Shown here: positions 45,472 through 54,688 of the stretch, piece by piece
How positions within the stretch are numbered: the first letter of the stretch is position 1
Layout of the letters: every line of letters starts with the position of its first letter
DNA from: Gemmatimonas sp.
Lineage (GTDB): Bacteria; Gemmatimonadota; Gemmatimonadetes; Gemmatimonadales; Gemmatimonadaceae
Assembly: GCA_965279375.1 (NCBI GenBank)
Contig: OZ257156.1
Span: 4,000,001 to 4,064,000, forward strand
Length of the DNA stretch: 64,000 nt
Direction: 5' to 3'
Notes under the pieces: model-generated
Seen by the model: the letters and a program-made list of their open reading frames with translations, nothing else
What the model was told of the DNA's origin: nothing
Database searches by the model: none
Program-made: the position numbers and the translations under genes

Positions 45472-48400
45472 GACGCTACCTGCTCGAGCGCCGCCATTCG
45501 GGCGGCAACATCGCGGAAATTGATATCGGTGGCGTACACGCGCTGAAAATAGCTCCGAGCCTCACCCCACCGCTGCAGGGCTTCACACGAATATGCCAAA
45601 AGATAGAGCACTCCGATCCGCTGCTCGTCATTGAGCCCCGGCTCGTGCAGCGCCCGCGAAAGTACCGTTGCCGCAATCTGGAAGCGTCCCTGCTCCACGA
45701 AACATTGACCCAGCGCCTCGTACGCCGGTAGACGGTGCGCCTTGCTGCGTAGCGCCTTCTGGAACTCCGCGATGGCATCATCGAGCAATCCCATCTCCTT
45801 GAACGCTACCCCGAGATCGTACCGACTCTCGTAATCCTCCTCACCCAATGAACGCGAGACCCCCTCCTTGAAGTGCCTGAGGAGTGCATCAAAGTCCGCT
45901 TGTTCATCGCCGCTGACCTCCGGCTCCCGCATCCGCATACGCGTCGAGGCGGGAGCATCGTCGTCGCGGAGCCAGTCCGCGAGGTTGACGAAGCCTTCGG
46001 CGACGGGTGCTGCTACCGCCGTCGGCAATGGAGGTGCCGCCGAACCCAATGCCGCACGGGCGCGGTCGTCGCGAGGATCGATTTCCAGCACGCGCACGTA
46101 CACCGCCTGCGCCCGACCCTCCTCCCCGCTCCGTACCAACGTATCCGCGAGGTCAAGGTAGGCAAAGCGCAAGCGCTGCTGATCTTTCAGCCGGACGGCC
46201 AATTCCACCCGTTTCTGGTGATACGCCACCCGATCCGGGGAGATGCGCACCAACTCCTCCGACAAATCCGCTGCCGTCTCGAGCTGACCGCCTTGCGCGA
46301 ATCCGTTGAGCGACGCCTCCATCTCGGACAGTCCCGCGTCCCGCTGCCCGGCCTCGAAGAGCGCTTCCGCGAGCCGGCGGCGAAGCCCCCAGTCCTGCGG
46401 CTCGGCGGCCACGGCGGCGCGCAGTTCGTCGCGGCGGGAGAGGGCAACCTGCTTCGCTTCGGCGGCGACGGCTGCGATAGGCAGCGCCGGTGTGAGCCGA
46501 ACGGCGGACCGCACGGCGATCGGCGCCGTCTCAATTGGCGCGTCAACCGCGTCGATGATGGAAGAATGGAGCGGAGTGGCGGTGCGATCGGCGTGGCTCT
46601 CCGATTCGCTCGCGACACCACCGTTGTCCGCGATCGCATCGGAGGCAACCAATTCGGAGCTGGCTGACTCCGTCGCGGTCGCGGGTACCGCCGCGAGCGC
46701 GTGCGCTGGCGTCGGGAGCGCCTCGGCATCCGTCTCCGCAGTCCGCGCGTCGGAGGTCGGCGCGGACTCGGGTTCGTCCGCTCCGTCTGCGGCCTCGATA
46801 CTCGTGGCCGAGCCGAACTCGATCAGCTCGGACGCACTGGCGGGGTCCGCGGCGACGTCGAGTTGGGCCTCGTCGTGGACGGGGGCCTCGCCGACGAACG
46901 CCAGCTCCTGTGGCGCCCTTACGACCGCGGTTGATTCGACGATCGATGATTCGACGATCGATGATTCGTCGCTCGCGAACTCGACGTCAGCTGTCAAGGC
47001 AGCCGTTCCGGGCGCGACGGGCGTGCGCAGCGACGCGATCGCAATCGGCGTCGGCGTCGGCGTCGGCGTCGTGGTTACGGGCGTGGTGACTGGCGTGGCG
47101 ATCGGCGTGGCGATCGCCGCCTCCGCTCGCGCGTGCGCGGCGGCTGCGACGTCGGCGGCCGCGACTTCGGCGAGTTCGTGCTCGACCGCGCGGTCAAGGC
47201 CGGCGTTGACCAGATCGTCATCGACGAGAAGCGGGGGTAGCTCTCCCGGGAGAATGAAATCGTGTGGATCGAGTCGGTATGGCGGACGACGCTGCTGCGT
47301 GGTGGCGTCTGCCGCCATGCGTGCGACCAACTGCGCACCCGCCTCGATGGCCGCTTCGATCGACGGGATTTCGAGCGACCGCAACGGCGTGCGACTGGGT
47401 GTCCGGCTCGCGCTCCGTACGGGCGTAGGCGTAGCGCGACGCGGGACCTCAGGCATGGCCGATGCCGGCGTGGGTGCCGCAGCGACAACATCGACTGGCG
47501 ACGACTCGGCAGGCCGCGAGTGCTCAGTCGCCGCATCGGAATCGAGGGCATCAATCGCCGGCACGTCCACATCCGACGCACCGAAGTTCGAGGCCGTGTC
47601 AGCCTGCTCTGCAACGTCCGCAGGAGCGTCGGCGGACGTCTCGAACGACGACCCAAGGCCCTCACCGAGTGATTCGGCGACCGAGTCCACGGTGGACGAA
47701 GCGATTGGCGTCGGGATCGACGAGGGAGTCGCATGAGCATCGCTGACAGCGCCAGCGGCGAAACTCGCGATGAAGTCATCGTCCGAGTCCGCGTCTGCCG
47801 TCGAGTCGGATTCGTCGGCGGCTGAGACGTCCGTTGGGACGTCCATTGCGAGATCGCCGAAGACATCCGATACGACATCCGATGCGACATCCGATGCGAC
47901 ATTCGATGCGACATCCAACTCATCGGTGCGCGCCGCCCACTCCGCAGGGGGCATCGTCTCAGACAGCTCGGGCGCGTCTGACACATGCGCGGACTCCGCG
48001 GACGTCTCTTCGACCAGCGAGATGACGTCCGACGCCAAGTCCTCGTCGAAGGCCGTCAATTCGAGTTCGATCGCCGAGGTTGGCTCGTCGGTCCATTCGA
48101 TCAGCGGAAGTTCGATCGGCTCGAGATCCAGCAGCGGCAACGGAGACGATTCCTCGTCGTTGCCCTCCGTGTGCTCCAGCGACGCCGTATCGAATTCGAT
48201 GAGGTCCAGCGCACCCAGCTCGGCGGATTCATCCGGCAGATCCGCCATGACGTCGTGCTCGAACGCCAGCTCGTCTACCGCGCCGTCCGCCTCGGTCAGC
48301 TCGATGAACGGAAGCGAGCGCGCGACCGCGGGTGTAGGGATCGCAGTGCTCGGCGCAATCGGCGTGGGGTGCAGCGGGGCCGAGTCCGCGGACTCCGTGT

Positions 48401-49055
48401 TGCTGCGCGTCGAATAGGGCGGCGTACGACGCGCATTCGTGGCGCCGTAGTCCACCTCGAGGAAGACGAGATTCGACGACTTGTCGCTCTGATAGCGCGG
48501 CGAATCCGAGTCGGGAATGACTTCCGACGCCAATGGCGTCCGACGGCGTGGCAGCTGGACGCCGGCCCGCGCCGCATGCTCTTCGACGAGGCGGCTGACT
48601 TCGGTCAACTCCGGCATCAGCTCCGCGACTTCGCTCAGCGCGCGCATCGCTTCCTCGACGCGGCCTTCCTGCTGCATGCGCGCGGCGTACTCCAGGAAGT
48701 TGCGCGTCGCGTCACCACGCAGGCCCTTCTTGCCACAGATTCGTCCCAGCGTGAAGTACACGTTGGACCGACCGGGCGCATTGCGCAGGATCTTGTTGCA
48801 GAGCGCGATGGCGTTGTTGAAGAGGCCAGCGGTGGCGTAATGCTCTACCGCACGCTCGTAGTAGGTCACCGCGTCGGGCACTCGTCCCTGACGCAGCGCG
48901 AGGTCGCCCACCTTGTTCAGCAGCGCGACGTCAACGTCCTCGCCCTCAGACTCGCTCTCTTCGATCGCGCGAACGTACGACGCGATGGCCCGGTCGATCT
49001 GTTTCAGCTGCTCGAATTCAGCCGCTTTTTTCCGGTGCTTCGCGGCGTTGGACAT
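45468..49055 (-). CDS. Giant TPR protein with acidic disordered core (1195 aa)
   Basis: N-terminal TPRs (LLNKVGDLALRQG, NNAIALCNKILR), about 700 aa low-complexity core, C-terminal TPRs including DYESRYDLGVAFKEMGLLDDAIAEFQKA and DINFRDV. Confidence 0.88.
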   Translation of the reverse strand: MSNAAKHRKKAAEFEQLKQIDRAIASYVRAIEESESEGEDVDVALLNKVGDLALRQGRVPDAVTYYERAVEHYATAGLFNNAIALCNKILRNAPGRSNVYFTLGRICGKKGLRGDATRNFLEYAARMQQEGRVEEAMRALSEVAELMPELTEVSRLVEEHAARAGVQLPRRRTPLASEVIPDSDSPRYQSDKSSNLVFLEVDYGATNARRTPPYSTRSNTESADSAPLHPTPIAPSTAIPTPAVARSLPFIELTEADGAVDELAFEHDVMADLPDESAELGALDLIEFDTASLEHTEGNDEESSPLPLLDLEPIELPLIEWTDEPTSAIELELTAFDEDLASDVISLVEETSAESAHVSDAPELSETMPPAEWAARTDELDVASNVASDVASDVVSDVFGDLAMDVPTDVSAADESDSTADADSDDDFIASFAAGAVSDAHATPSSIPTPIASSTVDSVAESLGEGLGSSFETSADAPADVAEQADTASNFGASDVDVPAIDALDSDAATEHSRPAESSPVDVVAAAPTPASAMPEVPRRATPTPVRSASRTPSRTPLRSLEIPSIEAAIEAGAQLVARMAADATTQQRRPPYRLDPHDFILPGELPPLLVDDDLVNAGLDRAVEHELAEVAAADVAAAAHARAEAAIATPIATPVTTPVTTTPTPTPTPIAIASLRTPVAPGTAALTADVEFASDESSIVESSIVESTAVVRAPQELAFVGEAPVHDEAQLDVAADPASASELIEFGSATSIEAADGADEPESAPTSDARTAETDAEALPTPAHALAAVPATATESASSELVASDAIADNGGVASESESHADRTATPLHSSIIDAVDAPIETAPIAVRSAVRLTPALPIAAVAAEAKQVALSRRDELRAAVAAEPQDWGLRRRLAEALFEAGQRDAGLSEMEASLNGFAQGGQLETAADLSEELVRISPDRVAYHQKRVELAVRLKDQQRLRFAYLDLADTLVRSGEEGRAQAVYVRVLEIDPRDDRARAALGSAAPPLPTAVAAPVAEGFVNLADWLRDDDAPASTRMRMREPEVSGDEQADFDALLRHFKEGVSRSLGEEDYESRYDLGVAFKEMGLLDDAIAEFQKALRSKAHRLPAYEALGQCFVEQGRFQIAATVLSRALHEPGLNDEQRIGVLYLLAYSCEALQRWGEARSYFQRVYATDINFRDVAARMAALEQVAS
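46932..46968. repeat. In-frame 15-bp tandem repeat (ESSIV x2.5)
   Basis: tgattcgacgatcga x2 + tgattcg. Confidence 0.8.
47862..47916. repeat. In-frame 12-bp tandem repeat (VASD-type x4.5)
   Basis: gacatccgatac/gacatccgatgc/gacatccgatgc/gacattcgatgc/gacatcc. Confidence 0.8.
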
Positions 49056-49139
49056 GCGTTCGAGGCGATCTCCGAGAGACTGAACGGGCGCCCATTCATC
49101 GGACGCAATGGAGCAGCTACAGGCGGTGGAAGCTAGAAA

Positions 49140-50396
49140 TCAGCCCCTCGCGGAACAAGCGTTCCCGCGTGCCCACGCCACTCGACAAAGACGCTCGCCG
49201 AACCAGTAAGGCAACGCGCGATAATCGTCTACGGCATGCACGGCGATGTCTGCGCTGAATCCCGGTGCCAGCTGTCCGGTTTGCTGCGCCAAGCCGAGTG
49301 CCGCAGCGCCGTTCACGGTCCCCGCAATCCACGCTTCGGCTGCCGACATGCGCAGCTCGCTGACCGCGAGCGTGAGAATGAGTGGAAAAGACTGCAGCGG
49401 AGACGTACCCGGGTTGAGATCGGTGGCAAGCGCGACTGCCGCGCCCGCATTGATCAAAGCGCGTGCCGGCGCCTGCCGTCCGGTGCCAAGAAAGAGCATC
49501 GTCGCCGGCAATAGCGTCGCCACTGTGTCAGAAGCGGCCAATGCTGAAACGCCGGACGCAGAGATGGCCGCAAGGTGATCTGTCGAGACAGCGCCGAGGG
49601 ATGCACCGAGCGCTGCACCACCGCCGTCGTGCAACTCGTCCGCGTGCAGTTTGGCGTGCAGGCCGAGCGACTGGGCTGCGGTCAGGAGCGTGCGAGTTTC
49701 GTCGAGCGTGAAGACGCCGGGCTCGCAGAACACGTCGGCAAACGCGGCCAGGCCCTCAGCGGCGACCTGCGGATAGATATCGTGGGTGATCTCCTCAATC
49801 CATGACGCGCGTCCGTTGGGCAGGTCGCGTCGATCAAAGGGGATCTCGTGCGCAGCAAGACAGGTGGCGACGATGCGCTGCTGGTTGCGCGCCGCCAAGC
49901 GTGCGATCACGCGCAACGTGCGCAGTTCATCGTGCGTGGACAGCCCGTAACCGGACTTGATCTCCACCGTGGTGACACCGCCCGCCGCCAGCTTTTCGAG
50001 ACGAGGCAGCGCGAGCGCGAAGAGTTCATCGTCACTGCGCGCGCGCAGGTCACGCACGGAGGAGTGAATCCCGCCACCGCGTCGCGCGATTTCGAGGTAC
50101 GGCACGCCTGTGGCACGCAGCTCCTGCTCCTCGTAGCGAGCCTTGCCGAACACCGTGTGCGTATGCGAATCAACGAAGCCCGGCGCGAGCAACCCGCGGT
50201 CACAGTCGATCTCGTTCGCGTCGGGATACGATCGACGCAGCGCCTCATCCGACTCAACCGCCACGATGCGATCGCCATCGACGGCCACGCCCACACCGCT
50301 GCGCACAGCCGCGTCCTGCATCTCTGCGCCGCGTCGCGCACGTGCCGGACCCTCGCAGGTGACGGTCTGCGCTGCGTTGACGAAGAGTGTGATCAT
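49140..50396 (-). CDS. hutI: Imidazolonepropionase
   Basis: PGFVDSHTH, GGGIHSSV, EIKSGYGL, DVFCE, KLHADE, STDHL, ALATDLNPGTSP. Confidence 0.96.
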   Translation of the reverse strand: MITLFVNAAQTVTCEGPARARRGAEMQDAAVRSGVGVAVDGDRIVAVESDEALRRSYPDANEIDCDRGLLAPGFVDSHTHTVFGKARYEEQELRATGVPYLEIARRGGGIHSSVRDLRARSDDELFALALPRLEKLAAGGVTTVEIKSGYGLSTHDELRTLRVIARLAARNQQRIVATCLAAHEIPFDRRDLPNGRASWIEEITHDIYPQVAAEGLAAFADVFCEPGVFTLDETRTLLTAAQSLGLHAKLHADELHDGGGAALGASLGAVSTDHLAAISASGVSALAASDTVATLLPATMLFLGTGRQAPARALINAGAAVALATDLNPGTSPLQSFPLILTLAVSELRMSAAEAWIAGTVNGAAALGLAQQTGQLAPGFSADIAVHAVDDYRALPYWFGERLCRVAWARGNACSARG

Positions 50397-50418
50397 CGGC
50401 GGCAGAGAGAGGGTGAGC

Positions 50419-51393
50419 CTACGCCATCACGTCGCGCACGCGGGACATCAGCCGGAGCGGCGCCTGCGCTTCGCCACGACACGCATAGTAGCAGGAATTG
50501 CAGTTGATCGGCTCGTAGCCCTTGTAGTCCTGCCACGGCCCATCGGCCGGAAAATCAGGGCAGCGCCGCACCAAACCTTGCGGATCGATGTGGATGGTGG
50601 TGCTCCCGCTCAGACACGGCTCGGTCATCTCGCCGCGCACGTATCGCGGGATCTGCTCGAGGTAGTAGTCCGAGTTGGTGATGACGCCACGCTTGCGCTG
50701 CTTGTACGCCAACAGCTGCGCAACCACGCGCTCCAAATCCGCCTGCTGCTGAGCGCCCACGAGATAATCCGTGTTGCCGTTCTTGAAGTCGGTGTAGAGC
50801 GAGAAATTCACGCCGCCACCCAACGCCGCAGCACGCTCGACGATCGGGAGAATCTGATCGAGGTTGTCGTTCTTGATGACGGTGTTGAAGCGTACGCTGC
50901 CGATGCCCGCCGCCTTCATGCGCGGCACGAGATCAAGAATCTTGGCCGACAGGCCGGGAATGCCACGTGCCGCATCGTGGCGCTCATCGAGATAGTCGAG
51001 CGAGATGTTGAACTGATCCACGCCGGCATCCCACAACGACTGTGCGCGCTCGAGCGACAGCATGGCACCGTGCGTAATGAGCTGCACGTAGGTGAGACTC
51101 ACCGCCTGGCGCACACCGGCCACGATGGCCTCGAGATCCTTGCGCAACGTGGGCTCGCCGCCTGTGAACGTGACCAGCATCGGCGAGAACTTTCGCGCGA
51201 TCTCGGCGAACTGCGCCACCTCGGTGTCACGCGTATCGCTTGGCGTCTTCCAGTAGTCGCAAAAGCCGCAGCGTGCGTTGCAGCGCATCGTCACTTCGAA
51301 ATTGAGCAAGACAGGACGACGTCGCGCGCGCAGCCAGGCGTACTTGCCGAGGAACAGCGGAACGTGCCACGGTCGGTATCGACTCGATAGCAT
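50419..51393 (-). CDS. Radical SAM protein with Twitch/SPASM-like Cys-rich tail, function unknown
   Basis: EVTMRCNARCGFC (CX3CX2C), FTGGEPTLR, ISLD, HDAARG; tail PC...IDPQGLVRRC...CNSCYYAC. Confidence 0.92.
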   Translation of the reverse strand: MLSSRYRPWHVPLFLGKYAWLRARRRPVLLNFEVTMRCNARCGFCDYWKTPSDTRDTEVAQFAEIARKFSPMLVTFTGGEPTLRKDLEAIVAGVRQAVSLTYVQLITHGAMLSLERAQSLWDAGVDQFNISLDYLDERHDAARGIPGLSAKILDLVPRMKAAGIGSVRFNTVIKNDNLDQILPIVERAAALGGGVNFSLYTDFKNGNTDYLVGAQQQADLERVVAQLLAYKQRKRGVITNSDYYLEQIPRYVRGEMTEPCLSGSTTIHIDPQGLVRRCPDFPADGPWQDYKGYEPINCNSCYYACRGEAQAPLRLMSRVRDVMA

Positions 51394-53120
51394 CAGGTGG
51401 TGGAATCGAGCGATGCAGCGTGCAGCACGTCGCGGTTCACGTCGGAATTGAGCTGAAGCATGGGAAGGTGCAGCCCTTCGCGGGCTGCGGTCGCAATGGC
51501 GATCTCGTAACCGGCGTCGGCGTGGCGCGCGACACCGATGCCGGGATCATTCGTGAGCACGCGCTCCAACCGGCGGCGCATACGCTCGGAGCCGTCTGCG
51601 ACGATAACCTGCCCCGCGTGCAGCGAGTTCCCGATGCCAACCCCACCGCCGTGGTGGAACGACACCCACGAGGCACCGCTGGCGACATTCAGCAGCGCGT
51701 TGAGGATCGCCCAGTCCGCGATGGCGTCGCTGCCGTCGCGCATTCCTTCCGTCTCGCGAAACGGCGAGGCCACGCTTCCCGTGTCGAGATGATCGCGTCC
51801 GATGACAATGGGCGCCGACACTTCACCACGCGCGACAAGATCGTTGAGCGCGAGCGCAAGACGTGCGCGGTCACCCTGCCCGAGCCAGCAGATGCGCGCG
51901 GGCAATCCTTGAAACGCGATTCGCTCACGCGCCAGCGTAATCCAGCGCTTGAGCGGTGCATCATCCGGAAACATCGACAGTACCAGCTCGTCGGTGCGAT
52001 GGATGTCGGCCGGATCGCCACTCAGGGCGACCCAGCGAAACGGCCCCTTCCCCTCGCAGAAGAGCGGACGGATGTATTCCGGCACGAAGCCCGGAATGCG
52101 AAACGCGTCGTCGAGCCCCGCATCGAACGCGACGGTGCGAATGTTGTTGCCGTAGTCGAAGGTGACCGCGCCGCGGTCCTGCAGCGTGCGCATCGCACGC
52201 ACGTGCTCCACCACCGACGCGGTCGCGCGCGCGATGTACTCGGTCGGATCGCTGGTACGCAGCTGCGCGGCCGCGTCGAGCGTCATGCCCTGCGGCACGT
52301 AACCGACCAACATGTCGTGCGCGCTGGTCTGATCGGTCAGGACATCCGGCACAACGCCGCGGCGAACGAGTTCAGGGAGAATCTCTGCGGCATTGGCACA
52401 CAGCCCCACCGACAGCCCAACGCGGCGCTCCTGCGCGTCGCGCAGCCAAGCGAGCGCCTCGTCGAGCGAATACGTCATCCGGTCGCAGTAGCGTGTGTCG
52501 ATGCGCTTCTGAATGCGCGTCGGGTCGACGTCGATGCCGAGCACTGCCCCGCCCAGCATCGCGGCGGCCAACGGCTGCGCGCCGCCCATGCCGCCCAGTC
52601 CTGCGGTCACCACGAGACGTCCATCGAGCGTGCCATCAAAGTGCCGCGCAGCGACGGCCGCGAATGTCTCGAACGTCCCCTGCACGATGCCCTGCGACCC
52701 GATGTAAATCCACGAGCCGGCCGTCATCTGGCCGTACATCGTCAGCCCCAACTTCTCGAGGCGACGGAATTCCGGCCACGTGGCCCAGCGCCCGACAAGA
52801 TTGGCATTCGCCAACAGCACGCGCGGTGCATCCACATGCGTGCGAAACACCGCCACGGGCTTGCCGCTCTGCACCAGCAACGTCTCATCATCGGCGAGGG
52901 TGCGCAGCGTATCCACGATGGCGTCGAACGCCTCCCACGAACGCGCTGCACGTCCGGTCCCGCCATACACCACGAGGTCGTCCGGACGCTCGGCGACTTC
53001 CCCGTCGAGGTTGTTCATGAGCATGCGAAGCGCGGCCTCCTGCTCCCACCCCTTGCACGAGATCGTGGCACCGCGAGGCGCGCGCACTGGCCGTGGACCG
53101 CTCACGTGAGCCTCGCTCAT
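51393..53120 (-). CDS. hutU: Urocanate hydratase
   Basis: [66 protein letters not shown]. Start at ATG 53120. Confidence 0.98.
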   Translation of the reverse strand: MSEAHVSGPRPVRAPRGATISCKGWEQEAALRMLMNNLDGEVAERPDDLVVYGGTGRAARSWEAFDAIVDTLRTLADDETLLVQSGKPVAVFRTHVDAPRVLLANANLVGRWATWPEFRRLEKLGLTMYGQMTAGSWIYIGSQGIVQGTFETFAAVAARHFDGTLDGRLVVTAGLGGMGGAQPLAAAMLGGAVLGIDVDPTRIQKRIDTRYCDRMTYSLDEALAWLRDAQERRVGLSVGLCANAAEILPELVRRGVVPDVLTDQTSAHDMLVGYVPQGMTLDAAAQLRTSDPTEYIARATASVVEHVRAMRTLQDRGAVTFDYGNNIRTVAFDAGLDDAFRIPGFVPEYIRPLFCEGKGPFRWVALSGDPADIHRTDELVLSMFPDDAPLKRWITLARERIAFQGLPARICWLGQGDRARLALALNDLVARGEVSAPIVIGRDHLDTGSVASPFRETEGMRDGSDAIADWAILNALLNVASGASWVSFHHGGGVGIGNSLHAGQVIVADGSERMRRRLERVLTNDPGIGVARHADAGYEIAIATAAREGLHLPMLQLNSDVNRDVLHAASLDSTT

Positions 53121-54640
53121 GACACGACTCCTTGAACGACAGGTTCGAGCGCGCCAGCGGCGATGGCGCTGCCGAGCCGCATGATGTCCGGCGAGGGTGG
53201 CCGATCGCCCGAGGCGCGCGGCACGTACTGGCGAATGATCGCGTGCGCCTGCTCCAGCGCGGCTGTCGTGCGCAACGGCCGGCGATGCTCGATGCCTTCC
53301 GTCGCTGCGATCAGTTCGATGGCGATCACATGCCGCAGATTGCGCACGCTGCGACGCAGCTTGGTGGCCGCACCCATCGCCATCGGTACGACGTCTTCCT
53401 TGTTGCCGTCGGTTGGTATCGAGTCGACACTGGCCGGATGCGCGAGCGTCTTGCACTCGCTCGCCAACGCAGCCGAGGTCACCTGCGCCATCATGAACCC
53501 CGACTCGAGCCCCGGTGACGCCGCGAGGAACGGCGGAAGTCCCTGGTTAAAGTCCGGATGCACCAGCCGGTCGGTGCGGCGTTCGCTGATCACGGCGAGA
53601 TTGGCACTGACGATCGAGAGAAAGTCCGCCACCATCCCCACGGCCTGCCCGTGGAAGTTGCCGCCGCTCAGCAACTCTCCCGACGCAAGCACGAGCGGAT
53701 TGTCAGTGGCCGCATTCAGCTCTCGCTCGATGATCCCATGCGCGAACGCGATCGCTTCATACGCGGGCCCGTACACCTGCGGCGAGCACCGGAGCGCGTA
53801 CGCGTCCTGCACACGCGGATCGCCATGCCGATGCGATTCGCGAATCTCGCTCTCACCAAGCAGCCCACGCAGCAGCGCGGCGGATCGTTGCTGGCCGAGC
53901 TGCCCACGCGCGTCCTGAATGCGCGCGTCGAAGGCATCGGGAGTGCCGAGTAGTGCCTCCAGGCTGAGCGCTGTGGCCACGTGCGCTGCACGCCAAAGAC
54001 AATCCAACTCATGCCACGCGAGAGAGGCGATCGCCGTGTGTGCCTGTGTGCCGTTGATGAGCGCGAGCCCTTCCTTGGCCTGCAGCACGACAGGTTCGAG
54101 ACCGGCAGCGCGTAGCAGCGTTGATGCGGCATCCACGCGACCACCGTGGTTGGCCTCGCCCTCACCGATCAGCGCCAACGCGAGATGCGCGAGCGGTGCG
54201 AGGTCGCCACTCGCGCCCACGCTTCCCTGCTCCGGCACGATCGCCCAGATGCCGGCGTTGAGCATGCCGAGCAGCGTTTCCACGACCTCGGCGCGCGCGC
54301 CAGCGAAGCCCGTGGCAAGCACATTCGCGCGCAGCAACATCATCGCGCGGACTTCGCGCTCCGGCAGCGGATCGCCCACACCTGCCGCGTGACTGCGCAC
54401 GAGATTGCGCTGCAGCGCATCGAGCTGGGCGTTGGGAATCGTCACTTCGGAGAGCTTGCCAAAGCCCGTATTGACGCCGTACACCGGCACGCCTGCCAAC
54501 ACTGCGCGGTCCACGACACCGCGCGTCTGCACCATGCGCGCGCGCGCATCGGGGGCGAGATCCACACGGCGATGGTGGTCGGCCACCGCGACGAGGTCCG
54601 CGACACGCAGCGAACGGCCATCCAGCGGAAGAGAAGTCAC
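53117..54640 (-). CDS. hutH: Histidine ammonia-lyase
   Basis: [20 protein letters not shown]-forming [42 protein letters not shown]. Confidence 0.97.
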   Translation of the reverse strand: MTSLPLDGRSLRVADLVAVADHHRRVDLAPDARARMVQTRGVVDRAVLAGVPVYGVNTGFGKLSEVTIPNAQLDALQRNLVRSHAAGVGDPLPEREVRAMMLLRANVLATGFAGARAEVVETLLGMLNAGIWAIVPEQGSVGASGDLAPLAHLALALIGEGEANHGGRVDAASTLLRAAGLEPVVLQAKEGLALINGTQAHTAIASLAWHELDCLWRAAHVATALSLEALLGTPDAFDARIQDARGQLGQQRSAALLRGLLGESEIRESHRHGDPRVQDAYALRCSPQVYGPAYEAIAFAHGIIERELNAATDNPLVLASGELLSGGNFHGQAVGMVADFLSIVSANLAVISERRTDRLVHPDFNQGLPPFLAASPGLESGFMMAQVTSAALASECKTLAHPASVDSIPTDGNKEDVVPMAMGAATKLRRSVRNLRHVIAIELIAATEGIEHRRPLRTTAALEQAHAIIRQYVPRASGDRPPSPDIMRLGSAIAAGALEPVVQGVVS

Positions 54641-54688
54641 TCGGCGGAGGTCAGGAGGAAGGGAAGAAGCCGCGCGGGGTGACGCCGG

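Noticed and set aside
51420..53135. 571-aa plus-strand ORF, and similar long antisense ORFs (33929-35725, 11244-12869, 9131-10624, 31575-33047, 17081-18349)
   Set aside because: They lie antisense to well-supported genes (hutU, accC, rarA, hflX, ftsK, alaS), are Arg/His-rich with no motifs, and are typical shadow ORFs of high-GC codon usage.
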